64,000 nt of DNA from contig NC_043004.1 in the NCBI RefSeq assembly GCF_006345805.1, positions 23,560,001 through 23,624,000 of the forward strand, read 5' to 3'. A program made the translations under genes and the position numbers. The notes beneath the pieces were generated by a model. It searched no databases. It was not told the origin of the DNA and saw nothing but the letters and a program-made list of their open reading frames with translations. The first letter of the stretch is position 1. Each line of letters opens with the position of its first letter. This stretch comes from Octopus sinensis. Taxonomy: Eukaryota. Positions 23,421-35,349 of the stretch are shown piece after piece.

Positions 23421-23578
23421 TACGACAGGCTTCTTTCAGTTTCCATCTACCAAATCCACTCACAAGGTTTTGGTTGGGCCGAAGCTATAGTAGAAGACAC
23501 TTGCCCAAGGTACCACGCAGTGGGACTGTACCCAGAACCATGTGGTTGGTAAGCAAGTTACTTACCACTCCTGTGCCT
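23127..23578 (-). mobile_element. SINE family A
   Basis: Reverse-complement copy with a (TA)n core. Confidence 0.9.
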
Positions 23579-23881
23579 AATGTTAACAATATCTATACAA
23601 ACTAAAGGCAGTGAGCTGTGAGGCTCACAACTTAGTCACGCCTCAAAATTGCTGGCCTTGAACCAAAATATGAAACCAGTTTCTTTCTAATATTAATCTT
23701 ATATAATATTGTAATTTTATATTATATTATAATATATTTTCAGCTTTCTTTTTTTTTTTCTTTCTTTTTAATTTGCTGGCAGTAGTTGGGCAGTTTAACC
23801 AAGACTGGTAAGATGAGTGGCTGCACCAGATTCCAGTCTGATTTGACATTGTTTCTACAGTTGTATGCCCTTCCTAATACC

Positions 23882-24114
23882 TATTTCTTTATTACCAACA
23901 AGGGGCTAAAGACAGAGGGGACAAACAAGGACAGACATAGGTATTAAGTCGATTACATCGACCCCAGTGCATAACTGGTACTTAATTTATCGACCCCGAA
24001 AGGATGAAAGGCAAAGTCGACCTCGGCGGAATTTGAACTCAGAACGTAACGACAGACGAAATACGGCTACGCATTTCGCCCAGCGTGCTAACAATTCTGC
24101 CAGCTCGCCACCTT
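23882..24114 (-). mobile_element. SINE family B nested in another repeat
   Basis: Duplication atgcccttcctaatacc at 23865-23881 and 24129-24145. Confidence 0.9.
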
Positions 24115-24366
24115 ACTTATACCCTTTAATGCCCTTCCTAATACCCTACAACTCTGAGAGTGTAATGGGTGTGTTTACGTGCCATCGGCACATGTGCCAG
24201 TTGCATGACACCAGTGTCTGCAAGCACTATGATTTGACTGTCTCGATGGTTCTTCTTCTCAAGCACAACATATTGCCAAAGGTCTCAGTCATTTGTCATT
24301 GCCTCCATGAGGCCCAACACTCGAAAGGTGCTTTTTACATCTATATAATATTAATTTTATATATCA

Positions 24367-24744
24367 CTAGCAGTATCGCCCAGCGTTGCTCGGGTTTGTA
24401 AGGGAAATAACTATATAAGCATTTTTAGAGAGTTATAGCCAAAAAATAGCAAAAAAATGCATTAAAAATGGAAAAAAATGATGGTAAATTTTTTAAAAAA
24501 TCGTTGACTCATCGTAGACATTTTTAGAGAGTTACTTCCCTTATATAATAGCGAAAACATGTATTAAAATGGAAAATAATGATGGTAAATTTTTTTTTAA
24601 AATCGTAGACTCATCGTAGACGCGCGATATGAATCACGACTATAAGATACCCGGTTTTGGTTAAACTGCACCACAAAATGTGGGAGTAGTTAGGAATCTA
24701 AATCGTAGGAGACAGACACACAACCTCTCTTTTATATATATAGA
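24367..24744 (-). mobile_element. Non-autonomous Helitron
   Basis: The minus strand begins A|TCTATATATATAAAA and ends with hairpin CCCGAGCAACGCTGGG followed by CTAG|T, giving an A-T insertion site. It has an internal ~100-bp tandem duplication (~24419-24621). Confidence 0.85.
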
Positions 24745-24764
24745 TATATTTTATGTAATATCAA

Positions 24765-25085
24765 TTTTATTACCCTGCATGCGTAAGTGAAAGCAGGGTA
24801 TTGTAGTTGTTCATCTTTATGCGTTTGCAAATTATTGGAAAATGGCTGGATGGATTTTCACCAAATTTGGCAGAAATACTCATTGAGTGAATGACTCAAA
24901 CTCATTATTTGGTTTGTGGCGAATGGATTAATTAATATGTATTGTTTCTTTGATTACATATGCATAAACGATAAGCAGGGGAAATTACTCTTGATGTCAT
25001 TGTGTTGAAATCAGAATTCATATGAGAAATATATTTATTAAATAAAATTTTATTTTATCCTTGCACGCGTGCCGGGTATGCATCT
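24765..25085 (+). mobile_element. Helentron-associated (HINE/DINE-1-like) element
   Basis: 5' short inverted repeat taccctgc...gcagggta after ttatt; core ggattttcaccaaatttggca; 3' subterminal ttatccttgc followed by a GC-rich short hairpin-like end. Confidence 0.55.
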
Positions 25086-25174
25086 CCAATGCCTTTTACT
25101 TTATAATATATATATACAGGTGTCCAAGAATTAACTATTGATAGTTAATTCTGGACAACCTGAGTGCATGTGTA

Positions 25175-25232
25175 TATGTATATATATACTTATATATATA
25201 TAAATATATATATACATATATATATATATATT

Positions 25233-25266
<34 letters not shown>

Positions 25267-25327
25267 ATATATATATAATATATATATATATATATTATAT
25301 ATATATATATATGAATATATATATATA

Positions 25328-25365
<38 letters not shown>
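25175..25365. repeat. (TA)n-rich array
   Basis: Seen directly. Confidence 0.97.
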
Positions 25366-25370
<5 letters not shown>

Positions 25371-26082
25371 AGTGGATTTTGCAAGCATGAAGTGGATTCG
25401 ATCCACCATAGCCAAATTTAAATTAAGACTGCAACAGAACTTTTCCTACGGTGGAACAATGGTTTTTCTCTGACAGCAATTTTACATTTTGCAGATGCTT
25501 TTCGCTAGGCCGAAATAATGTCTTCACTACTTGACCCTTTCTAACCTCTTCTACTTCAACAAAAGCTAGAATAGCGAGAACAAGACCTCCAACTAAATCT
25601 ATGGTTCTCAATGATATATCTATCCTTCTGGATAGTTATATAAGCAATCACATCCCAAGCAAAAATCAGTTAGTCACAGTCGGTGATGACTCAACGAAGT
25701 CTGGCTGATCAGCTAGAACCTTAGTCAGAGGGAGAAATGACGTTTACTGTCAGCAACTGTGAGATAACGTCCTACAACTTACAACTCTCACTAGTTCTAA
25801 TTCTGTTCTCTTACAATATCATTCTATCTCTCTCTGTATTTACTACTAAACAATGAAGAGGACACAAGCACAAACTTTACTTCGCATGCTTTTGGATTTA
25901 TCATAACCTGCCCGTCGATGCAAAGTATTTGTAATATAATGGTAAATAAATACTTTCCTTAAAACTTCATGCATTGTTCAACCTTCACTTACTACAACGT
26001 GCAATTATAACAACAAAGTTTTATCGTTGTAACTGCTGACTTTGTCATTATCATAATATTGTGTACCAAATCAATTTCTCCC

Positions 26083-26116
<34 letters not shown>

Positions 26117-26384
26117 AATAATAAGGTGAAAAATTGAATATTAATTTGATTAATATCAATTTAAGTATCATTGGCCTAGCATATTGAAAATCTGAACATT
26201 CAGAAAAATTATATTACATACATATAAGAGGGATGACCACTAAATGGACATCCATTATGCTGGAAGTAGACTCCATATGGTCTGACCACTAAGAAAAGAT
26301 TATTCTTAAGAAAATTCAGCAAATGCCAGAAAGTAAGCAAGCAAGACAAATGAAAAGATACAAACTATAAATTATATATATATA

Positions 26385-26580
26385 TTTCTTTACTACCCAC
26401 AAGGGGCTAAACAGAGAGGGGACAAACAAGGGCAGACAAAGGGATTAAGTCGATTACATTGACCCCAGTGCATAACTGGTACTTAATTTATCGACCCTGA
26501 AAGGATGAAAGGCGTAATTTGAACTCGGAACATAACGAAAGGCAAAATATGGCTACGCATTTTGCCCGGTGTGCTAACGA
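26385..26580 (-). mobile_element. SINE family B (internally deleted)
   Basis: Reverse-complement copy. Confidence 0.85.
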
Positions 26581-27153
26581 AAAGGAATACTGGTGGAGTG
26601 TACCAATGTAGACCTCAATAAAATGTAAGCACAACAGACCCTGTGCCTGTGAAACCTTGTATTCCTGCAGTAAGGCTTAACTTCGACAGACGCCAGCTAA
26701 ATTTAATTTGTCCTTAGTTGAAAGACACCTGTTGTTATGTCTTGTTATTATTTTTAATTGTATTTGTGTAACATTGTCCGTTTTTCTCATCCTTGTTTTT
26801 GTATACATTCGCTAATTTCTTCCAAGGAATCTAATGCTTTTAGCTTAGTTTTTCCTTGGGACTGGCCAGATTGGAGCAATCTCGAGAATAATCTGCCAAA
26901 ATTGCAAAGATAATCTGGAACTCGACTGAGGAAACAAAGCCCTGAATGACCCGTCCTTGTTTGCTTTGTATCATCTATCTGGATGTTTTGTTGTCCCTTT
27001 TTTGTATCACCTAACTGTCTGGATGTTTTGTGTTCTTGTCCCATTTTGTATTGTATATATATATATATATATATATATGAGTATATATATGAATAAGAAG
27101 GAGAGAGAGAGAAGAGTAGGGAATCAGATGTCAAGTATAGATACAATACTTAC

Positions 27154-27319
27154 TATTGTAATAAGCATAGGTGTCCGTTTCAGCAGTATAATCATGTCCT
27201 CGCAGCGAGTGAAGGCCAAAATCAGTGACTTTCAACACAAATCTGCTGTCGATGACACAGTTGGAACTCTTCAAGTTACCATGACTCTTGATCTCACTGT
27301 TTTGGAGGTAGGCCATGCC
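27154..27319 (-). CDS. NPR1-like: Receptor guanylyl cyclase KHD exon, 166 nt, phase 0/1: [55 protein letters not shown]
   Basis: ttattacag|GGC ATG...TAC AAT A|gtaagt. HGNLKSSNC and DFG motifs are typical of receptor-GC pseudokinase domains. Confidence 0.97.
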
Positions 27320-28437
27320 CTGTAATAAATACACAGATACATAGAAATTCTGAGTTGAAGATTTTGACAGATGAAACTGAAGGAAATTTAATCTTAATCT
27401 TATTAAATATCATTTAATACAGAGATCCTCAATCATTTTTTTATCTATGGGCATCTCTGATTACTATTTTTTTCTGATGGTCCCCACCCCCATAATTATT
27501 TGATGTTAACAAACTAATTTTATAGAAACATGTTTCAAAATTGCTATTTTGTTTTTTGCATATTAACCTGTGTAGATTGAACTAAGTAAAATGTTAGAGA
27601 AAGAAACCTAGCTGTGTCTTGCAATACATATCAATACATTCATTTAAAGCAAAACCTTTTCAAGGGCACTTAAAGCACTGTTGTGGATCCCCAATTTACT
27701 ATTTTGTTGCGTAGACCCCGCAAAATCTGATATGGACCCACAGGAGCCATATGGACTCTGGTTGAGAATTCACACCACCTTAGATTTGTGAGTTCATTAG
27801 TATTTTATAGGTTATCTCTTACTATATTAGACTTGTTGCCAATGCTTAACAATAGCTATAATGTTGGATTATCATAGGGGTGATTTTAAAGATGGATAAT
27901 CATGGTTTATATGGATGGATTTCTAAAACGATGAGCCCTACAATATTAAGTTAATTGTAAGAGCAGATTTTTACAACTTTGATTACTGCAAAGTAATCTA
28001 ATTGATAGATTCAGGTAAAAAAACAAAAAAGTCCAAACCACTGCTGTATTTAGCCATGTTCTGTTACATATCAAATAGGCACTACTTTATGTTTCATCTC
28101 AATTGACAGGGATCTATAATATATATATACCAACCAGATACTGATGATGGTGTGGTTGTGGGGTTATTAAGAATAACGTTTTGATAAATTGATGAGAGAG
28201 CAGGAACAGCACACGCAGCTAGATAACTCATGATATTAACTGACAACATTTTATATTGAGAGTTCAGACTTTTCTGGGGTAAGTTTCATTAACTAAACTC
28301 ACACCATTAATTCTAGTGCCACAATGGATATTTGTGTGGGTGCTTCTGTGTGTGTATGTGCATGTGTGTGTGTGTTTGTGTGCATAAATATATATGCATA
28401 CATAAATACATATATGCATGTGTGTGTACTTATATAT

Positions 28438-28474
<37 letters not shown>

Positions 28475-28485
28475 TAATTATATCT

Positions 28486-28716
28486 ATATTGTATAGAGGG
28501 CATTAATACACATAAATGCCTCACACTAAGAGGGACAAAGTCATTACTACCAAAATTACACTAATCATACCTAAATGCAGTTCTTCAAAGCAAGACATTT
28601 TAAATGTCTTGCTTTGAAGAACTGCATTTAGGTATGATTAGTGTAATTTTGGTAGTAATGACTTTGTCCCTCTTAGTGTGAGGCATTTATGTGTATTAAT
28701 GCCCTCTATACAATAT
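28486..28716. repeat. Perfect inverted duplication, 115-bp arms, 1-nt spacer
   Basis: 28486-28600 is the reverse complement of 28602-28716. (TA)n flanks both sides. Confidence 0.95.
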
Positions 28717-28731
28717 GATATAATTAATATA

Positions 28732-28817
<86 letters not shown>

Positions 28818-29534
28818 ACATATGTGTGTGTACATATATATATATATGTATATATATTTATATATATGCTTTATCCCTCCTCTTTATATAGGCTACCTCT
28901 GACGTTATATCCTATAGCGTTTTTTTTAAAACAATATTAATAGTGTTCGGTTACTAAATATTCTATATTCAATCCTCAAATAAGCCCACTAAATCTTTTA
29001 TCTCTTTATATTCAATAAGAGAAAAAAAGAAAAAAAAAAAAAACAAAAAAACGCGAGCACGAAGTGAAGCAATATAAGGATCTCTATGTAGTTGTAACTC
29101 ATTAGTAGCAGCAACCTTTCTCTCCTGTTCAATCAGGGTTGTTCTGAAGCGAAACAATAAATAAATTAATCAATTATTTAGCCCTAGGCTCGCCTTGATT
29201 AAATGCATTCCAGGTATGGAGTCCGATTTTTTTCCTTGGTGCAGGAATCCAAAACCACAATATACAACAAATGCCTCATTTTTAAAGTCGACGACGAGGA
29301 CGATCATGACAATGGTGTTTTTTTTTCTTTTCCATTGACTGAAACCATAAATTATCGGCTGGTATCTGTAACTGTTAAATCAACGTCATTCAACAAATGA
29401 CATGTAGTCAAGAAACGTTGCAGTCCAAGGGAAATTACTCTAAATAAACTTTTTAAACTTTTAGAGTTATTTCCCTTGACACAATCGTCGAACGTCATAT
29501 TGAGTTGGGAAAAATAGCATCTGATTAAACTTAC

Positions 29535-29606
29535 CCTGACAATATCTTGCATCAAAGAATAGCGAAACATTGTGTCCAGCTTCATTTCCTCGTTTTCTAA
29601 AACATC
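29535..29606 (-). CDS. NPR1-like: Receptor guanylyl cyclase (natriuretic peptide receptor-like), kinase-homology-domain exon, 72 nt, phase 0/0: DVLENEEMKLDTMFRYSLMQDIVR
   Basis: Minus strand reads ttttctactgcag|GAT GTT TTA...GTC AGG|gtaagt. The peptide matches the NPR motif [24 protein letters not shown]. It joins in frame to the 27319 exon. The symbol denotes the GC-A/GC-B family, not 1:1 orthology. Confidence 0.95.
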
Positions 29607-29799
29607 CTGCAGTAGAAAATAAGAAGAATAGAATATGAATTAGATGAGTCAATGTATCTATGATTTTTCTTTGAGTTTTATTTACGTTCTTCGGAGAGTT
29701 CAAGCCGGTCGCTAACAAAGCTACAATACTTTTTCAGTCGAGAGAGTTCCCGGTGCTTGTGAATATGTGATTGAGTTGTTGTGTTGGTTGAACTGTTAA

Positions 29800-30023
29800 T
29801 GCATACACCTAAGTGTGTACATCTAAATTACTTAAGAACCTCAGATGGAGAATTTTTAGGATGTCTTCCAAAACTTCAGTGTGCCTCTAAGAGATTGGAT
29901 TTGGAGAATCCGTGTCTGATTCTTTTGCTCTTTTTCTATGAAACCGAACACTTCTAGGTTCTTGTGTCTTGTGCAAATTTGTCGGTGCTAAATGCACCTA
30001 TGATGATAGGTACAAATGAGAAT
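29800..30023 (-). mobile_element. Related RLE-type C-terminal fragment whose 5' truncation abuts (CATA)n
   Basis: FVPIIIGAFS...LQIQSLRGTLKFWKTS resembles the PIVIGALG...LQ..S..GT.KICKTF tail. Confidence 0.5.
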
Positions 30024-30029
30024 TGTATG

Positions 30030-30060
<31 letters not shown>

Positions 30061-30299
30061 TAAAATGTGGCACAGGAGGACGACGAAGGAACAGACGGAA
30101 ACATATATACACAGAGGATATGGACACGCTAAATTATCCACCAAAATTCCTCACGTTTTTGGCGCCTTATCGACGATATTGTTCAATTTGGTGGAGTCAA
30201 CAGCAAAATGCTACTGGAGGTAAAACGGACGAGTTGTTAGGAGAATTGGAAAATGTACATAAGTAAAAGTAAAGACAGTAACGAAAGAATAATCATGTA

Positions 30300-31830
30300 C
30301 CAGGTGGAGTCAGAAGATTTTTTTGGATTTTCACTTATGATTTTGGGTAACATGTCTCGCCATGTTATATCATGAATTTGATACAACGCGTTGCCCAATC
30401 GTTGCTGAATTGTTTATTATTTATTTTAGAACTTTGATAATGAGCGGTGAAAAAGATGCAATTAGAGCCATTGGACACTACGTGTGGAGAAAGTGTTGGA
30501 GTGCAAGGGCAGTGGAAAAATAAATTAATGATACGGAAGGCCTATGAAATGTCAACGAACATGTTGCACATAACGAGCTAAAATATTAAGGAAGGGCATG
30601 CCACCCTTGAAGACAAACCAAAGCCAAGGAAACCGGTTGTGGAAAATGAGTCCTTGCTTGAAATTGTCGAACAACAGCTAAGCACAAGCACTCGTACATT
30701 ATTTGCAGAACTTGATCCTCCACAAAGCACCATCAGTCGACGACTCAAAAAGCTTGGACTTGTGAGCAGATGTTGTTAAGGAGCTCCCCATGAACTGACT
30801 AATGACCAGGCTCAGCGACGTGTGAACGTTTGCAGACAGCTGCTTCGAAATCCTCGTGATGCGTGTTTTTGGTATCGTAATTGTAACCGGGGATGAAAAA
30901 TATGATCTATTTTTGTAATCCTAATAACAGAATTCAGTGGCTTCGTTCTGGCCAAGCTTCGGAGCCTGTTGTCAAACAAGGGTTGTTGGAATAGAACATT
31001 ATAAAGTGTGGGTGGTGGAATTTTGAAGGAGCATTGCTTTTTGTGGTTGTCCCAGATGGTAATGTTGTGAACGCAAACCTTTATGATCAATAACTGCAGC
31101 GAGTATATGCTTTGAAAGACTGCATTGGTCAATCGAAGATGTTCACTCATACGGCATGCCAATGCCCCTGAGCACACTTCCAATCTGACTAAGTGCAAAC
31201 TTGAGGAATTTGAGAGGATAGAAGTGCTGCCTGACCATGCCTACAGTCAAGACTTTGCATCATCAGCTTATTTTCTGCACAGATGGAGGCTCAAAAGTTG
31301 GGTGAGGTTGAGAACGGATGCAGGGATGTTTTTGCCTCGAAACCTACCAAATAGAATATAGCGTGGAATTGAGCTTCTCATTTCTTTACTGCCCACAAGG
31401 GGCTAAATATAGAGGGGTCAAAGAAGGACAGACAAAAGGGATCAAGTCTATTACATCGACCCCAGTGCGTGACTGATACTTATTTAATCGACTCCGAAAG
31501 GATGAAAGGCAAAGTCGACCTCGACGGAATTTCAACTCAGAACGTAACGGCAGACGAAATACCTATTTCTTTACTACCCACAAGGGACTAAACACAGAAT
31601 GAACAAAGAAGGACAGACAAACGGATTAAGTCGATTATATCGACCCCAGTGCGTAACAGGTACTTAAGTAATCGACCCCGAAAGGATGAAAGACAAAGTC
31701 GACCTCGGCTGAATTTGAATTCAGAACGTAGCGGCAGACGAAATACTGCTAAGCATTTCGGCCGGCGTGTTAACGTTTCTGCCAGCTCGCCGCCTTCGGA
31801 ATTGAGCTTCCGGTAAAATAATGGCTTTTC
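30300..31830 (+). mobile_element. Mariner transposon relic, interrupted at 31378-31797 by a SINE dimer
   Basis: An ATG at 30440 gives MSGEKDAIRAIGHY...; later APHELTNDQAQRRVNVCRQLL, IVTGDEK, HANAPEH and HAYSQDFASS (the YSPDLAP motif). It has multiple stops. Confidence 0.9.
31378..31797 (-). mobile_element. SINE family B head-to-tail dimer with a 13-bp TSD
   Basis: TSD ggaattgagcttc at 31365-31377 and 31798-31810. Confidence 0.92.
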
Positions 31831-32575
31831 GTGTGTAATTTGTATGAACTATTAATTGCAAGTTGAGAGGAGGAAGGGAGCAAGGAAGGAAATTATCCTC
31901 ATCCCCTCTGTAGAGTTTTCCAAGACTGCTGGGATGGCAGGAGGAAAGAAGCAAGAGATACGGTTATTCCGAAGCTCTTTTTAGGGACCTTCGAAACTCG
32001 TGGGAAAGAAGAAAAGCGGAAGTGATCCTAAGACCGGACACATTACCCGATTCTCCCCTGCTTTAGTTACCCAAACAAAAGGTTAAGTCTACCACACCAA
32101 GAATAGAGTCTTCAAACAGGAAATCGAATTCCAGAGTTCTTGAATAAAAGCCAAATTCCCGAACCATTTTTATAGTTTAAGGTTAGCGGCGTGTAGCCAT
32201 GCTGGAGCAATACCATGAGTTTTGTACGCTATTTTTCTTGGTAAGCAGGAAGATGACTGCAGTGTCAACAATGTGACCATTTCAACCACTGAGTGTATTT
32301 CTTCTTCTACGCGTGTTGCAGTGGGTGATAGAATACTTTTAGTAGTGAATAAAATGACTTGAAGGTTTTTGTCTTTCATCCATCTTGTATCGATAAAATG
32401 AAGAACTGGGATCGATTGGTATAATCGATTAGTAATCTGCTCCAATATGTTACGTGTTCGTCCAACCGTAGGACGCTGACGACAGATGAAATGGCACATT
32501 GATCGGACTACATTGACGTCAAATCGATGTGTTTATGTTGTACCGTATGTTACTGTCAAAACACACACACACACA

Positions 32576-32641
<66 letters not shown>

Positions 32642-33312
32642 TCTTTATTCTTCCTCCCACTCTCTGTCACACAACTCGTTCGCTTTCTTCATCTCTAAAA
32701 TGCAGGCACCATAACCACATTCAAAAGAAGAAAAGTTAGTAATGTTGAAACAAAAAATATATATAAAATTTAAAATCAGCGAAAAGTTCCGATGTTTTAA
32801 TGACTCCCTTAAAGAAAGCCGAATTATCTCCCTTCATCTATTAACTAGCACATATCAAAAATATACTTAACGGTGTTATGCGCGCGTGTGTAAGTGTGTG
32901 TGTAAGCGGGCATGTAACGGCTTCATATGTCTGAATATATGTAGGTATAAAGGTATGTATGTATGCATGTATGTGTCTGTATCTTAGCATACGTGACAAT
33001 ATGTATAAGACTATGTATATATAAAAGATGAAACAGCGCTTAGTGGCATCTGTGACTGAATGGCTATTTTCCCTTACAGATGTATGTATGTATGATGAAG
33101 CAGCCCTATAAAAGTACTACATTGCTTATCCCATGCAAGAAAGGCTCTAGAAAAGGGATCTCATAATCTTATTCACATCTCAACTCGTTTATACATTTTG
33201 GATATAGTTAGAATATAAGTATTCTTTAAGATAGACCATATATTTATACACAGAGAAGTGGCATGTATTTATCGATATATATATATATGTATATATACAC
33301 ATACACACACAC

Positions 33313-33358
<46 letters not shown>

Positions 33359-33417
33359 ACACACACATATATATATGTTATAAATATATAATACAATGAT
33401 GCAAATAATACACAAAC

Positions 33418-33453
<36 letters not shown>

Positions 33454-33454
33454 G

Positions 33455-33653
33455 GAGTAACCACATACATGTGAAACAAGGTGGAAATAAGAGTACTCAA
33501 ATACCAGTGGTAGAGTAATATGCTTTATTTAAAGCAGCAGAAAATTCAACAAAATCTGTTATTCTGAGTTTCTCGTTGCCGTTCATCTGATGAACGGCAA
33601 CGAGAAACTCAGAGTAACAGATTTTGTTGAATTCTCTGCTGCTTTAAATAAAG

Positions 33654-33658
<5 letters not shown>
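33455..33658. mobile_element. Penelope-like terminal fragment ending in a 70-bp-arm fold-back with a hammerhead core at the apex
   Basis: Arms 33518-33587 and 33589-33658 have 3 mismatches and a 1-nt spacer. The plus strand reads CUGAUGA-ACG GCAA CGA-GAAA-CUC A GAG-UA-ACAG from 33587. It is homologous to the element at 20-200. Confidence 0.65.
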
Positions 33659-33719
<61 letters not shown>

Positions 33720-33720
<1 letters not shown>

Positions 33721-33813
33721 ATCGTGGATCATATTTATCAATTACTACATGTATGTGTATATATATATATATATACACATACATGTAGTAATTGATAAAT
33801 ATGATCCACGATA
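33720..33813. repeat. Perfect 94-bp palindrome centred on (TA)n
   Basis: atcgtggatcatatttatcaattactacatgtatgtg mirrors across the TA run. Confidence 0.95.
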
Positions 33814-33959
33814 AGACCTGATAATTCGCTAAAAAGGTTTTATATATTTTACAGGTTATGTAAACAACATTGTTTTAGCTCTGAGACAATTGCAGTCCGT
33901 CCTTTACCAGTTCCATTCTCTACATTATAACATTCTTACACACGCAGGTACGCGCACGC

Positions 33960-34001
<42 letters not shown>

Positions 34002-34218
34002 CACACACACACACACACACACACATCTATCTATCTATATATATACATATGTTCATGCCTGCCCTGACCGTTTGATTTAGACGCGCTTTATTTCCTCTCC
34101 TGACCTGTCCTTTCTGTTGTAGACATAGGTTGGAAAAGTAAAAAACTTCTTCCATCTTTCCTGAGCGTAAACCTAATGCACCGTTTTTGCTATTCTTTCA
34201 CAACGTCTTTGCGTTTTA

Positions 34219-34471
34219 TCGTTATTTTAGAACAAAATACATGCATACATACATACATACATACATACATACATACATACGTACGTACGTACATACATAC
34301 ATACATACATGCATGCATGCATGCATACATACATACATACATACATACATACATACATACATGCATACATACATATACATATATTTATATATGTATATGT
34401 ATGTACGTATGTATATATATATATATGTATGTATAAGTATATATATATACATATTATATATATATATATTA

Positions 34472-34527
<56 letters not shown>

Positions 34528-34745
34528 GCATGTATGTATGTATTTATATATATATGCATAAGTATGTATATGTGCATATATATGTATATATATGTATGTA
34601 TGTATATATATATATGTATGTATGCATGTATGTATGTATGTATGTATGTATGTATGTATGTATGTATGTATGTATGTATGTATATATGTATGTATGTATG
34701 CATGTATATATGTATGTATGTATGTACGTATGTATATATATATAT
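34219..34745. repeat. (ACAT)n-(TA)n-(ATGT)n compound array
   Basis: Seen directly. Confidence 0.97.
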
Positions 34746-35016
34746 CTTAATGAGTGATTATCAATCCGGGCAAAATGCTTTATAAGCTCCTTGTTAGTAC
34801 ACTAGGCTAACAATATTTTTAGATTAATAAAGAACTCCGCGTATTCTTGTGATCACCATTCTATATTGTAAATCCATGGTTGTGTGCCAATTCGATTGGT
34901 TTTTAGACAGCGAGATATACAAGACAAAGCATAAATTATTGTCATTACATATTGCTTTACTGTAGTAAATTTACTCTAAGAGAATAATGTGTAATGTTAA
35001 TTATTTAAACCTTGAC

Positions 35017-35061
<45 letters not shown>

Positions 35062-35291
35062 ACATACAGTATGTATAATACATATATACATGCACATACA
35101 TACATACATATATATATACATAGACATATGTAATTAATATATATATATGTATAAAATGATAAATCTCAGAGCGAGTTATAAACAGTAGCGGTAACACATC
35201 GTGACGTATATTTGCCATTTGAATAGGAGGTGTCTTCCTGGGGCTACAAACTACAGTAGCATCCACCCTTAGGGGTTAGCCATATTCAAAT

Positions 35292-35349
<58 letters not shown>

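Noticed and set aside
26580-27050. Probable Penelope-like repeat examined for a hammerhead (also 14740-14800 and 14970-15000)
   Set aside because: No CUGAnGA lies in register with a stem II and GAAA. The family could not be assigned from sequence alone.
32470-32505. CUGACGA-CAGAU-GAAA-UGGCACAUU hammerhead-like string
   Set aside because: Stem II cannot form and stem I does not pair, so it is a chance match.
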